IMG/VR virus record: IMGVR_UViG_3300020042_010851
Span: 1-48,547 of that record
Source: a virus
Taxonomy: Duplodnaviria > Caudoviricetes
Strand: one strand, 5' to 3'
DNA: 48,547 nucleotides
Part shown: in pieces, positions 38,852-47,397 of the stretch
How positions within the stretch are numbered: the stretch's first letter is position 1
Layout of the letters: every line of letters starts with the position of its first letter
Notes under the pieces: model-generated
Seen by the model: the letters and a program-made list of their open reading frames with translations, nothing else
Told to the model about the DNA's origin: nothing
The model's database searches: none
Translations under genes and position numbers: made by a program

Positions 38852-39148
38852 ATGCAAGTTACATTCACCAATCTCCGTCCAATGGATTTATTCGAAAATC
38901 CTTTATCACCACATTTCCAAGCCTTGGTAAACATAGGCATGGAATCTGAGTCAGATTACCTATCGATTTATGATGCCATTATCATCATGGAATGTCATGA
39001 CATCGATAAGACCTTGTATGCATATCGATGCAAGGATGGTAGTTATGAAATGGTATTTCCGATGAGACAAAATGCAAACCAAATCATCGTTAGCAAGGAT
39101 TTATTTACCTTGCTTTCGATGGCAGTCTATAACCAAGTTGAATCATAA
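38852..39148 (+). CDS. Hypothetical protein
   Basis: 98-aa ORF with AAAATCATG start. Confidence 0.7.
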   Translation: MQVTFTNLRPMDLFENPLSPHFQALVNIGMESESDYLSIYDAIIIMECHDIDKTLYAYRCKDGSYEMVFPMRQNANQIIVSKDLFTLLSMAVYNQVES

Positions 39149-39233
39149 ACTGCTATCATCATCATCTGCAATCGCATGGTGGATTTGGTCATGGATCGAT
39201 CCACCAGACGGAGCTATTTTTAAAATATTAGAC

Positions 39234-39332
39234 ATGAAATTCATACACGACATTACCATCGCAATCGCATTGCTTTCCCTAATCACTTATGGCATCTATT
39301 GGATGCTCGATATCAAAAACCTAAAAAAATAA
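39234..39332 (+). CDS. Small single-TM protein (32 aa)
   Basis: MKFIHDITIAIALLSLITYGIYWML... Confidence 0.5.
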   Translation: MKFIHDITIAIALLSLITYGIYWMLDIKNLKK

Positions 39333-39336
39333 AACT

Positions 39337-39564
39337 ATGTACTACGATTTTCTCATTAACCGAAAACCAATCGAATGCCCTAAAAAATTCGATTCACTTG
39401 AGTCAGTTTACCAACTTGCAGAAATCATGAATGCAAGCCATGTCCGTCAGTCTTATCGTGATTACCCATCTGAATTTCATAATGTCATCGGTGAGCATGG
39501 CGAATGGATGGACATGGGTGAATTTGAATCTGCAATCTACGAATATGACCATACACGATTCTGA
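39337..39564 (+). CDS. Hypothetical protein
   Basis: 75-aa ORF. Confidence 0.65.
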   Translation: MYYDFLINRKPIECPKKFDSLESVYQLAEIMNASHVRQSYRDYPSEFHNVIGEHGEWMDMGEFESAIYEYDHTRF

Positions 39565-39656
39565 CCAGTATTGTAGACAATCAACCGTCCTGAAAACTAT
39601 ACACAAAAAAAATTAAAAAAAAACTTACAAAAGATTAGTTATTACAAATAATTCAT

Positions 39657-39664
39657 TATATTTG
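39657..39664 (+). promoter_or_regulatory. Early promoter -7 box TATATTTG
   Basis: TAnnTTTG followed by CA; A-tracts upstream. Confidence 0.7.
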
Positions 39665-39688
39665 CATATCAAACAACAACAAAACGAC

Positions 39689-40078
39689 ATGAAAACAACT
39701 TCTATCATCATCGAAAAAATTTCTGCATCTGACAGAATGATTATCCTCTTTATTAAAGAAGGTCAAATCCAAGGCATTAACTATCTTCAAGACATTTCAG
39801 CAGATACAGAAATCATCTGTGATTTCATGACAGCGAATGTTTCTTTAACCAAATTTGTAAAAGAGAAATTCGCCACGAGCATCTGGGCTGACCATTATGA
39901 AGATATGCATTTTGTTCACCCATCTCCCGACTATTGGGCAATTATTAATTGCATCGATGAATTCATTTGGGCATATGTAAAGAAGCATGAGCGAATCACC
40001 GAAATCAAAATCGAAATCAGTAATCTGAATTTCAAAATTGAGAAATTGAAAGCTGAGTTAACAAACATCCAAAAATAA
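39689..40078 (+). CDS. Hypothetical protein with C-terminal coiled coil
   Basis: ATG 39689 (MKTTSIII). Confidence 0.7.
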   Translation: MKTTSIIIEKISASDRMIILFIKEGQIQGINYLQDISADTEIICDFMTANVSLTKFVKEKFATSIWADHYEDMHFVHPSPDYWAIINCIDEFIWAYVKKHERITEIKIEISNLNFKIEKLKAELTNIQK

Positions 40079-40083
40079 CAGCC

Positions 40084-40797
40084 ATGAAAAAGATAGTCTA
40101 CAGACAAGGTGATACAATCACCATCATTACTTTGAACAGCACATCTAACAAAAAGATTGCGTCCGCTGGCGAGAAGATTGTGCAAACATATCATTTCTCT
40201 CGTGAGCAATATGAAGTTGCTCAAGGCAAAACATCGATGTCAGAATTCTTCTCTCACGATGGTAAGGTATGTTTTGACTGCCCATTTGCAGTCAGCAATG
40301 GAGCAAAATTATCTGCTTGTTATACACATAAGATGATGCAATACAGCGGATTTTTGTCATCTTTAAGATCCATCGGCAAGTTAATGCAGTTCGATGATAT
40401 CCCTACATTGAATCTATCGATAGTCAGTAACATCATCGATATGTGCCAACATAGGTATGTGAGATTTGGAACATATGGTGAACCATCTCTGATGCCCATC
40501 GAATTGGTTGAACAGATATGCAATGTTGCAAAAAATTGGACGGGATATACCCACCAATGGAAAAGTAAAATAGAATTTGCTCCTTATTTCATGGCATCAA
40601 CTCATACCGTTGATGAAGAGCGAATTGCTTCTCTCATAGGTTTTCGCTCATTTGTAGCATCTCCAATACCAATCAGTCAGTTTATTTCTTGCCCAGCCTC
40701 ATCTGAAATGGGATTCAAATCGAATTGCAGTAAATGTGGCTTGTGTAGTGGTACAAATGGCAAAGGAACAAAATCAGTAATCATTTTAGAACATTAA
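40084..40797 (+). CDS. Cys-rich putative Fe-S / radical-SAM-like phage protein
   Basis: CFDCP..ACY, VRFGTYGEP, TGYTHQW, CPA..CSKCGLC. Confidence 0.55.
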   Translation: MKKIVYRQGDTITIITLNSTSNKKIASAGEKIVQTYHFSREQYEVAQGKTSMSEFFSHDGKVCFDCPFAVSNGAKLSACYTHKMMQYSGFLSSLRSIGKLMQFDDIPTLNLSIVSNIIDMCQHRYVRFGTYGEPSLMPIELVEQICNVAKNWTGYTHQWKSKIEFAPYFMASTHTVDEERIASLIGFRSFVASPIPISQFISCPASSEMGFKSNCSKCGLCSGTNGKGTKSVIILEH

Positions 40798-40801
40798 ACA
40801 T

Positions 40802-40984
40802 ATGAACACGACAGAATTTAAAACATGGGTACAAGGCAAGATGCTTGAACATCCATTGCACAAAACAGAAATTGCAGATTTTTATTATTTAGCCCTAAGC
40901 GAAATTGAGGAAGGTGGATCTACGCAACATGAAATTTCCTTGGCTGTAAATGACATCAATGAACTAATAAACGGAAACATATGA
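40802..40984 (+). CDS. Hypothetical protein
   Basis: 60-aa ORF. Confidence 0.6.
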   Translation: MNTTEFKTWVQGKMLEHPLHKTEIADFYYLALSEIEEGGSTQHEISLAVNDINELINGNI

Positions 40985-41202
40985 CCTACCTAAAATTAAC
41001 CAAATTACAACTTACTCTACAAGGCGAAGTAAAAGAAACGATGCTGTATGTAAATCCTCAGCATATCAGATTATTCAGCGAGGAATATGCAGATAACTTT
41101 GAAATGTTTGTAACTGCAATCAGTTGGGCAAATGGCTCATTAATGGAGACTCGTGTAAAAGAAACCCCATACCAAATAGAACAACAACTACTACTATCAT
41201 GA
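40981..41202 (+). CDS. FlbD-like small protein
   Basis: LKLT..LYVNPQHI...VKETP. Confidence 0.5.
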   Translation: MTYLKLTKLQLTLQGEVKETMLYVNPQHIRLFSEEYADNFEMFVTAISWANGSLMETRVKETPYQIEQQLLLS

Positions 41203-41411
41203 AATTAATTAAACTAACATTAGTAAATGGATTGGGAAATATTTATATCAATCCCAATCACATTGGACATTGCTATCGTGTACCCGGCACAACAAAATAT
41301 AATAAACCAATCGAAAGCCTTACAAGACTCGGAGTAACAACTCACAACAATGGAGGATTCGAAGTAAAAGAAACGCCAAACCAAATCATTAAACTAATCG
41401 AAAAACTATGA
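41199..41411 (+). CDS. FlbD-like small protein (paralog)
   Basis: ATG 41199 (ATGA overlap); IKLT..IYINPNHI...VKETP. Confidence 0.55.
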   Translation: MKLIKLTLVNGLGNIYINPNHIGHCYRVPGTTKYNKPIESLTRLGVTTHNNGGFEVKETPNQIIKLIEKL

Positions 41412-42166
41412 AAAAATTGAAAATATTAATTGCTTGTGAATTTAGCGGAGTTTTGCGTAATGAATTCCGTAAGTTGGGACATGATGCATTCTCATGCGAT
41501 ATCGAACCATCTGATGATAACTCACCTTATCACTACCAATGCGATGTGCGTAATGTAATCAATGCATACCAATGGGATTTAATGATTGCACATCCACCAT
41601 GCACATACCTAACACTGGCGGGAAACCGATGGTTTAAAGAGGAATACAAAGAGAAATATCCTACAAGGGAAAAAGATAGGCAGAATGGTATCGATTTCTT
41701 CATGGAGCTAATGAATGCAAATATCCCACATATTGCTGTTGAGAATCCTATAGGTATCATGTCATCTGCATATCGCAAACCTAATCAGATTGTTCAGCCT
41801 TGGCAATTCGGAGACCCATTCCAAAAATCAACTTGCTTGTGGCTGAAGAACCTGCCAAACCTACAGCCTACAGATATTGTCTCCAAAGGTGAATTTATAG
41901 AATGGCAATGCAAAAAGACGGGGAGAATTAAACGCCAACCAAAATGGTATGCCGATGCATTTCAGAAAACATCCAATCCAATCGAACGACAAAAGATCCG
42001 CAACAAAACTTTCCTTGGCATGGCGAAGGCAATTGCTCACCAATATTCTGACTACATTATTGGACAGCAAAATGTCCTAAATCCTGGGCACTCCGGTGTC
42101 CACAATACTGGTCATTTTCAGGACAGCTCTCATCTATCATCATCAGCAGTCGAGCAAAATAAATAA
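41408..42166 (+). CDS. Phage C5 cytosine methyltransferase (ACEFSG type)
   Basis: LIACEFSG, AHPPCTYL, VENP, QPWQFG, RNKTFLGMAKAIA. Confidence 0.8.
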   Translation: MKKLKILIACEFSGVLRNEFRKLGHDAFSCDIEPSDDNSPYHYQCDVRNVINAYQWDLMIAHPPCTYLTLAGNRWFKEEYKEKYPTREKDRQNGIDFFMELMNANIPHIAVENPIGIMSSAYRKPNQIVQPWQFGDPFQKSTCLWLKNLPNLQPTDIVSKGEFIEWQCKKTGRIKRQPKWYADAFQKTSNPIERQKIRNKTFLGMAKAIAHQYSDYIIGQQNVLNPGHSGVHNTGHFQDSSHLSSSAVEQNK

Positions 42167-42183
42167 AAAAAATTCTGTAAAAT

Positions 42184-42214
42184 TTTGTATAATTAATAAA
42201 AATAACTATATTTG
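42184..42214 (+). promoter_or_regulatory. Early promoter TTTG-N19-TATATTTG
   Basis: Full Bacteroidota -33/-7 consensus. Confidence 0.75.
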
Positions 42215-42242
42215 CATCACTAAACAACATTTAAACAACATT

Positions 42243-42524
42243 ATGAAAAACCAAATCACAACTAAGCAAGCCTTAGAAATCATGAAAAGCAAGAAGATTT
42301 TCTCTGCTGAATTCGTAAAGAAAGATGGATCGATCCGTAAAATTGTAGGTAGAACTGGCGTAACAAAACATCTTAAGCCTAACGCCAAACCACAAGCCTA
42401 CAAACCTTCAGAAAGGGGATATGTAACTATCTACGATTTTCAAAAGAAAGATTATCGCTTAATCAATGTTCAGACCTTAATCAAAGTAAACCAAACCGAA
42501 ATTTTAATCAATCAAATCAAATAA
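42243..42524 (+). CDS. SH3/WYL-like (DUF2693-like) protein
   Basis: ATG 42243; FVKKDGSIR...YDFQKKDYR. Confidence 0.6.
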   Translation: MKNQITTKQALEIMKSKKIFSAEFVKKDGSIRKIVGRTGVTKHLKPNAKPQAYKPSERGYVTIYDFQKKDYRLINVQTLIKVNQTEILINQIK

Positions 42525-42528
42525 GACC

Positions 42529-42666
42529 ATGACCAAACAAGAAATTTTAGATGGTATCGATCAGGCAATCAATGTGCTTTTAACCTACGAGCAAGATGAA
42601 CCAACAGAGAAAATCATTCAAGCCTTAAATTGGGCTTGGGATAAAGTTAACCAATTAGAAAAATAA
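42529..42666 (+). CDS. Small hypothetical protein (45 aa)
   Basis: MTKQEILDGIDQAIN...; below the ORF-track cutoff. Confidence 0.6.
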   Translation: MTKQEILDGIDQAINVLLTYEQDEPTEKIIQALNWAWDKVNQLEK

Positions 42667-42670
42667 GACC

Positions 42671-43366
42671 ATGCCAAATCATGTATACTCTCACATTGCT
42701 TTCAGCCTTTTAACTGAGGACCAGAAACAAAAATTACATCAGATATCTGTAACTCCTAATGGTATCTGTGGATATTATCTACCCATGCCGGATGAGATTC
42801 GTAAAACTACATCACCTACTCGTGTTGTTACTCAAAAGGAATACAACAAACAGATGAAGGAGAATGAGAAGATCGATCGATCTCAAGAATGGTTTTACGA
42901 ACCGTTCCCCATCACCAAGAAGATGCAGACGGCATTACTTGATAAGTATGGCGTAGACAATTGGTATGATTGGGCTTGCACCAATTGGGGTACAAAATGG
43001 GGATGTTATGACCAAGAATTGGATGGTGATACATTGCATTTTGCTACGGCTTGGGCAATGTTTGACCTATCCATACTTGATTTAATTGCTGTTGATTTTC
43101 CCGATTTTCTTCTATGCTATGAAGAGGAGCAAGGATGGGGAGGAGAGATTGAATATTTAGATGGTATTCGTGTTAGTCATCATGAGTACGATGCACCAGA
43201 ATGGTCTGAAACAGGTATCCTAACAAACGATGGTATGATTACAAAATTGCTTACTGAAATTGTCGATGGTGGTATGAATGCTCCGGCTGAAGTAGGTTAC
43301 TACTACGATTTCGATACCAATAGTCCCGTAGCACAATCAACTTTAACTGAACATAAACTAAAATAA
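42671..43366 (+). CDS. DUF1281/YubB ferredoxin-like domain protein
   Basis: MPNH, NWYDWACTNWGTKW, FATAW. Confidence 0.75.
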   Translation: MPNHVYSHIAFSLLTEDQKQKLHQISVTPNGICGYYLPMPDEIRKTTSPTRVVTQKEYNKQMKENEKIDRSQEWFYEPFPITKKMQTALLDKYGVDNWYDWACTNWGTKWGCYDQELDGDTLHFATAWAMFDLSILDLIAVDFPDFLLCYEEEQGWGGEIEYLDGIRVSHHEYDAPEWSETGILTNDGMITKLLTEIVDGGMNAPAEVGYYYDFDTNSPVAQSTLTEHKLK

Positions 43367-43368
43367 TC

Positions 43369-43593
43369 ATGGAGCTCTATCAAATCAACACTACAGCATA
43401 CAATGAAGAAGATTTTCTCATTGTCACAGATGCACCTATTGAAGAAATCGAAAAGGTCTTAGAACCTATGGTCAAAGACGAAAGAGAAAAGGATGTATGG
43501 TACGATCACAGTGATTACCTAAATGCCTTGAATGAAGCATTACCTCAATATAGAATTTTACATTTCATCGAACCACAAAGAATAGTATTATGA
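43369..43593 (+). CDS. Hypothetical protein
   Basis: 74-aa ORF. Confidence 0.65.
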   Translation: MELYQINTTAYNEEDFLIVTDAPIEEIEKVLEPMVKDEREKDVWYDHSDYLNALNEALPQYRILHFIEPQRIVL

Positions 43594-43871
43594 AAAAAGA
43601 ATCTCTCATCAAACAACTGATCAAAAAATATCCCAAAATGTTAATCTTTGCCGATGGCAATGGATGGACTGAAAACTCACCCAATTGTTTCTCTGTCTCA
43701 GCAGAAGAGCCGGTGATGGACTCTCGTGGATACGATATGTTCAACTATTGGACTCAAGACTACAAATACTACGATTTGGGTGTGAGTACAGAACTAACAG
43801 CCTTCCTTGAAAAGAATGGTTACTTTGCACAATGGGTTAACCCTGGCGTTATCGGAATTTATAAAGACTAA
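43590..43871 (+). CDS. Hypothetical protein
   Basis: 93-aa ORF. Confidence 0.65.
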   Translation: MKKESLIKQLIKKYPKMLIFADGNGWTENSPNCFSVSAEEPVMDSRGYDMFNYWTQDYKYYDLGVSTELTAFLEKNGYFAQWVNPGVIGIYKD

Positions 43872-43876
43872 AAGAT

Positions 43877-44200
43877 ATGACATTTACAATCGAACACACA
43901 CCTTATCGCTCTCCCGAAATGGAAGCACAACAGCCAAGAAAAACAACCATTTCCTTAGGTCAAATTGAACAGATGTATGAAGGTCGGGGTAACGGCTGTC
44001 GCTGTGGATGTGGTGGTAATTACCACACCTTGGAGCGTAATTCTCGCAAGATTATCAATACTCTACAAAAGATGGCATCAGGCAAATACAATGTGGAATC
44101 TATTGATGACTACATCTTTGAGATTGTTCTCGATGAGTACTTCAACAAGTGGGGAGCATTTACAAGAAATAAAGTACAAACTATTTACCTAAACCAATAA
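43877..44200 (+). CDS. Hypothetical protein with GCRCGCGG motif
   Basis: 107-aa ORF. Confidence 0.65.
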   Translation: MTFTIEHTPYRSPEMEAQQPRKTTISLGQIEQMYEGRGNGCRCGCGGNYHTLERNSRKIINTLQKMASGKYNVESIDDYIFEIVLDEYFNKWGAFTRNKVQTIYLNQ

Positions 44201-44207
44201 AACAGAC

Positions 44208-44828
44208 ATGAAAGTATTAGAATTATTCGCAGGTTCTCGCAGTATCGGTAAGGTGTGCGATGAGTTAGGTCACGAGGTATTCTCCTCAGATTGGCAACAA
44301 TTCGATGGTATTGACTATGCTGTAGACATCAATAAATTTGATGTGCATAAGGTACCGTTCATCCCGGACATGATATGGGCATCACCACCTTGTACTACAT
44401 TCTCTGTTGCCTCTATAGGTAAACATTGGGATATGAATCGGAGACCGAAAACACAAGATGCTCTCATGGGTTTACAGATTCTCAAAAAAACGATCAGCAT
44501 CATCGAACACTATAAGAAATTGAATCCCAATCTCATATGGTACATTGAAAATCCTCGTGGTATGATGCGTAAAGTAGATGCTTGGGTTGAAATACTCCAT
44601 GTCCGCAACACCGTCACCTATTGTCAGTATGGAGATAGTCGGATGAAACCAACCGATATCTGGACCAACAATTACAATTGGCAACCCCGTCAGGCTTGTA
44701 AAAATGGTATGTCCTGCCACATCTCTGCTCCTCGTGGTAGTACCACGGGTACGCAAGGTCTGAAAGGTTCTTATGTTCGCTCACAAATCCCCTATGAATT
44801 ATGCAAAGAGATAGTATTGAATTCGTAA
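44208..44828 (+). CDS. Short C5 cytosine methyltransferase
   Basis: VLELFAGS, WASPPCTTFS, IENP, YCQYG, KPTDIW. Confidence 0.85.
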   Translation: MKVLELFAGSRSIGKVCDELGHEVFSSDWQQFDGIDYAVDINKFDVHKVPFIPDMIWASPPCTTFSVASIGKHWDMNRRPKTQDALMGLQILKKTISIIEHYKKLNPNLIWYIENPRGMMRKVDAWVEILHVRNTVTYCQYGDSRMKPTDIWTNNYNWQPRQACKNGMSCHISAPRGSTTGTQGLKGSYVRSQIPYELCKEIVLNS

Positions 44829-45205
44829 AAATTCACAAGCATCTGATCGATCATGGTCAGGTTAGTTACAACCCATTCGATTTCACATTCAGATCGGTTG
44901 GTTACCTTGTCCCCTTGGAATTCTATTTTGAAGACTTGGTTGACTTAGTGCCTTTCGAAAAGATTGTCGAAGAGATTGAAGAGAATATTGCCGATATGCG
45001 TGCATCATATGATGCTGATTATGACTTCGAGAAAGCCTTGTATGTGGACATATCTGCCACAGAGAGCTTCTACCAAGTGACCATGGATTTGTTCTTTGCT
45101 GACTTCTCTGAAGCAGTACGGGTAGCAGAAGACTTGGATATCCCATCAGAAGAAATCTACGATATCGAAAACCAATGTTATATCTACGATGATGAAGACG
45201 ATTGA
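44801..45205 (+). CDS. Highly acidic hypothetical protein
   Basis: D/E-rich, 134 aa. Confidence 0.6.
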   Translation: MQRDSIEFVKIHKHLIDHGQVSYNPFDFTFRSVGYLVPLEFYFEDLVDLVPFEKIVEEIEENIADMRASYDADYDFEKALYVDISATESFYQVTMDLFFADFSEAVRVAEDLDIPSEEIYDIENQCYIYDDEDD

Positions 45206-45476
45206 TGTATTTGTTCCTATACAAGATTACCAAGAATTCATCGCACGATTTGAATCTGCCAAGATAGCTCTGGATGCATTATCTGTGGCTGTGGAGAATC
45301 GTGTACGATCTCACCGTTCTCTATTGGAGAGAGACTTAATCAAACACAAAGAAAGAATCAAATTAACCATACCGGTAAAAGACCATCTGATGCCATACCT
45401 TGATGAGTACTGCATCATGAAGAGCATGAGTAAACAAGAATTTATCACCAAAGTATTGAAAGGAAGAAACACATGA
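45189..45476 (+). CDS. Hypothetical protein, possible ribbon-helix-helix C-terminus
   Basis: IKLTIP...LDEYC...SKQEFI. Confidence 0.5.
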   Translation: MMKTIDVFVPIQDYQEFIARFESAKIALDALSVAVENRVRSHRSLLERDLIKHKERIKLTIPVKDHLMPYLDEYCIMKSMSKQEFITKVLKGRNT

Positions 45477-46168
45477 AAGCAATCGGTTACATCCGTGTAT
45501 CAACAGATATGCAAGCGGAAAAAGGTACATCACTTGACAACCAAGTGGAAAGAATTATAGACTTTTGTCAGAAAAAGGGCATCTTTCTGGAAAATATTTA
45601 TGAGGATGCTGGGTATAGTGGAAAAAATCTTAAGAGACCTGGGTTTCAGGACATGATGAAGCGAATCAACAAGGGAGACATCTCTACTCTCATAGTATGG
45701 CACAGCACCCGTTTTGCCCGTAATCTCCGGGACTTCCTCAACCAAATGGATATCCTCGAAAAAAAGAAAGTGAAGTTCTATTCTATCGAGGAACCAGAGA
45801 TGAGCGGTTCGTCAGGCAAAGCCATGCGAAATCTTATGGCAGTTTTTGCCGAGTATCAATCGGATGTTACCGGTGAGTATACACGATCCGTAAAGGCTAA
45901 CCTAAAGAAAAATAAGAAGGTCTATTGTGCTTATCCTCCCCTTGGTTATAAGAATCAAGATGGAGTATTGATCAGAGACCCAGAGCAAATGCTTATTGTA
46001 GAGACAATCACTACACTCAAAGCTGAAGGACAAAGCCTACGCCAAATTGCTGAACACTTTAATTCTCAAGGAATTAAGGGCAGTAAAAATGGAAAATTTC
46101 ATGCAGTTACAATTCAGAAAATCTTAAAAAACAACATATATGAATTACAAATTAACCAACAATCTTGA
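45473..46168 (+). CDS. Serine recombinase (resolvase/invertase family)
   Basis: YIRVSTDMQ catalytic Ser, EDAGYSG, RPGF, TRFARN, PPLGY. Confidence 0.9.
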   Translation: MKAIGYIRVSTDMQAEKGTSLDNQVERIIDFCQKKGIFLENIYEDAGYSGKNLKRPGFQDMMKRINKGDISTLIVWHSTRFARNLRDFLNQMDILEKKKVKFYSIEEPEMSGSSGKAMRNLMAVFAEYQSDVTGEYTRSVKANLKKNKKVYCAYPPLGYKNQDGVLIRDPEQMLIVETITTLKAEGQSLRQIAEHFNSQGIKGSKNGKFHAVTIQKILKNNIYELQINQQS

Positions 46169-46634
46169 GCTTGTACCAACAAGAAATAAATACAAGTTCT
46201 TCAGCATCGCACTATTCCTCCTGCTCATCGGTGCTACTGTGATATTCTTCTTCCGGGAAGAATCAATCAGAATCGTTTACAAAGTTGTGAAACCAACTAC
46301 TGAAAAACACAAGGATATTGAATTGTCTGAAGAGGCAATTGTTAAATGTTTGCACGAGAATGGTTGTGTTCTGCCCAATGTGGCATTGGCTCAAGCGAGA
46401 TTAGAGTCAAATGTTGGCAAGAGCAATGTGGGGAAGAACGCAAAAAATATGTTCGGCATCACATACCACAAATGCCACTATATCTGTGGCAAGCATGGGG
46501 TGTATGCCAAGTACAAAACCTATCAGGACAACATCAAATGTTACATCCACATCCAAGACCATTACTTACAATCAATCAACGGCAGGTACGCCTCCGATCC
46601 AACTTACATAAACAAAATCAAAAATCTTAAATAA
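46140..46634 (+). CDS. Membrane-anchored glucosaminidase (GH73/FlgJ-like)
   Basis: N-terminal TM; LAQARLES, NMFGI, YASDPTY. Confidence 0.75.
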   Translation: MNYKLTNNLELVPTRNKYKFFSIALFLLLIGATVIFFFREESIRIVYKVVKPTTEKHKDIELSEEAIVKCLHENGCVLPNVALAQARLESNVGKSNVGKNAKNMFGITYHKCHYICGKHGVYAKYKTYQDNIKCYIHIQDHYLQSINGRYASDPTYINKIKNLK

Positions 46635-46635
46635 C

Positions 46636-46971
46636 ATGATGTACTTAGAAACAAAACTGCAATCGCAGACCAAAAATAGAATCATCGAATCAATTGAAGA
46701 AGGTACTGGTGTACCAAGGTTACTATGGGAAACACGCAGAGGTCGTGGTACTACAGAGGTAATCCTACGCCACATTTATATCCATATGCTGTACAACAGC
46801 AACTTGTTTACATTGGAGACCATCGCAAGGATGGTGGGCCTGAAGAATCACTCTACGGTACTACAGAGCATTGCCAGAAGCAAAGAATGGTATAGCAATC
46901 AAGAAGAATTCGAAACAGAAACAATCATGTTGAACGCAGTAAAAAAATCTTATGAGCAAGGAAATAGTTGA
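46636..46971 (+). CDS. DnaA C-terminal-like HTH protein
   Basis: IARMVGLKNHSTVLQSI resembles IG..FG.RDHSTV. Confidence 0.7.
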   Translation: MMYLETKLQSQTKNRIIESIEEGTGVPRLLWETRRGRGTTEVILRHIYIHMLYNSNLFTLETIARMVGLKNHSTVLQSIARSKEWYSNQEEFETETIMLNAVKKSYEQGNS

Positions 46972-47263
46972 TCTCTTCGAGTACATCCTCGACCAGATAG
47001 AACCAAGATGGAGAACCAATGAGGCAGTAGTGGAAACATTGGAGAAAATCAAAGAACCCAAGAGTAAACGATTTGAGCCACCATCGTTACAGGAAGTTGG
47101 GATGGAACTCAAGAGACAGAATGTACGCCATCCCTTTATGCAAGCAGATAAGTTCTGGAACTTCTACGAATCTAAGAATTGGATGATTGGCAAGAACAAG
47201 ATGAAGAATTGGAAAGCTGCAATAAAAACTTGGAACTTTGAAAAAGATAATATAATTTTGTAA
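46952..47263 (+). CDS. Phage replication-initiator C-terminal-like domain protein
   Basis: FEPPSLQEV...FWNFYESKNW...MKNWKAAIKTW. Confidence 0.6.
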   Translation: MSKEIVDLFEYILDQIEPRWRTNEAVVETLEKIKEPKSKRFEPPSLQEVGMELKRQNVRHPFMQADKFWNFYESKNWMIGKNKMKNWKAAIKTWNFEKDNIIL

Positions 47264-47271
47264 AACAACAT

Positions 47272-47397
47272 ATGAAAAGATTACTAAAGTTTATGGCGAT
47301 GATTCTCTATATCCTTGGTATGTTTATCTGTTTTTACTTTGCTATTCGTTCCATTATTTACATTGATGAGTACACACAACAGACCACTAAGAACTAA
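47272..47397 (+). CDS. Small TM protein (41 aa)
   Basis: MKRLLKFMAMILYILGMFICFYF...; TAATTTTG box at 47253-47260. Confidence 0.5.
   Translation: MKRLLKFMAMILYILGMFICFYFAIRSIIYIDEYTQQTTKN

Noticed and set aside
45473-46168. IS607-type transposon or prophage integrase
   Set aside because: No N-terminal MerR-like HTH or adjacent tnpB, too short for a large serine integrase, and no host genes or att junction in the window.
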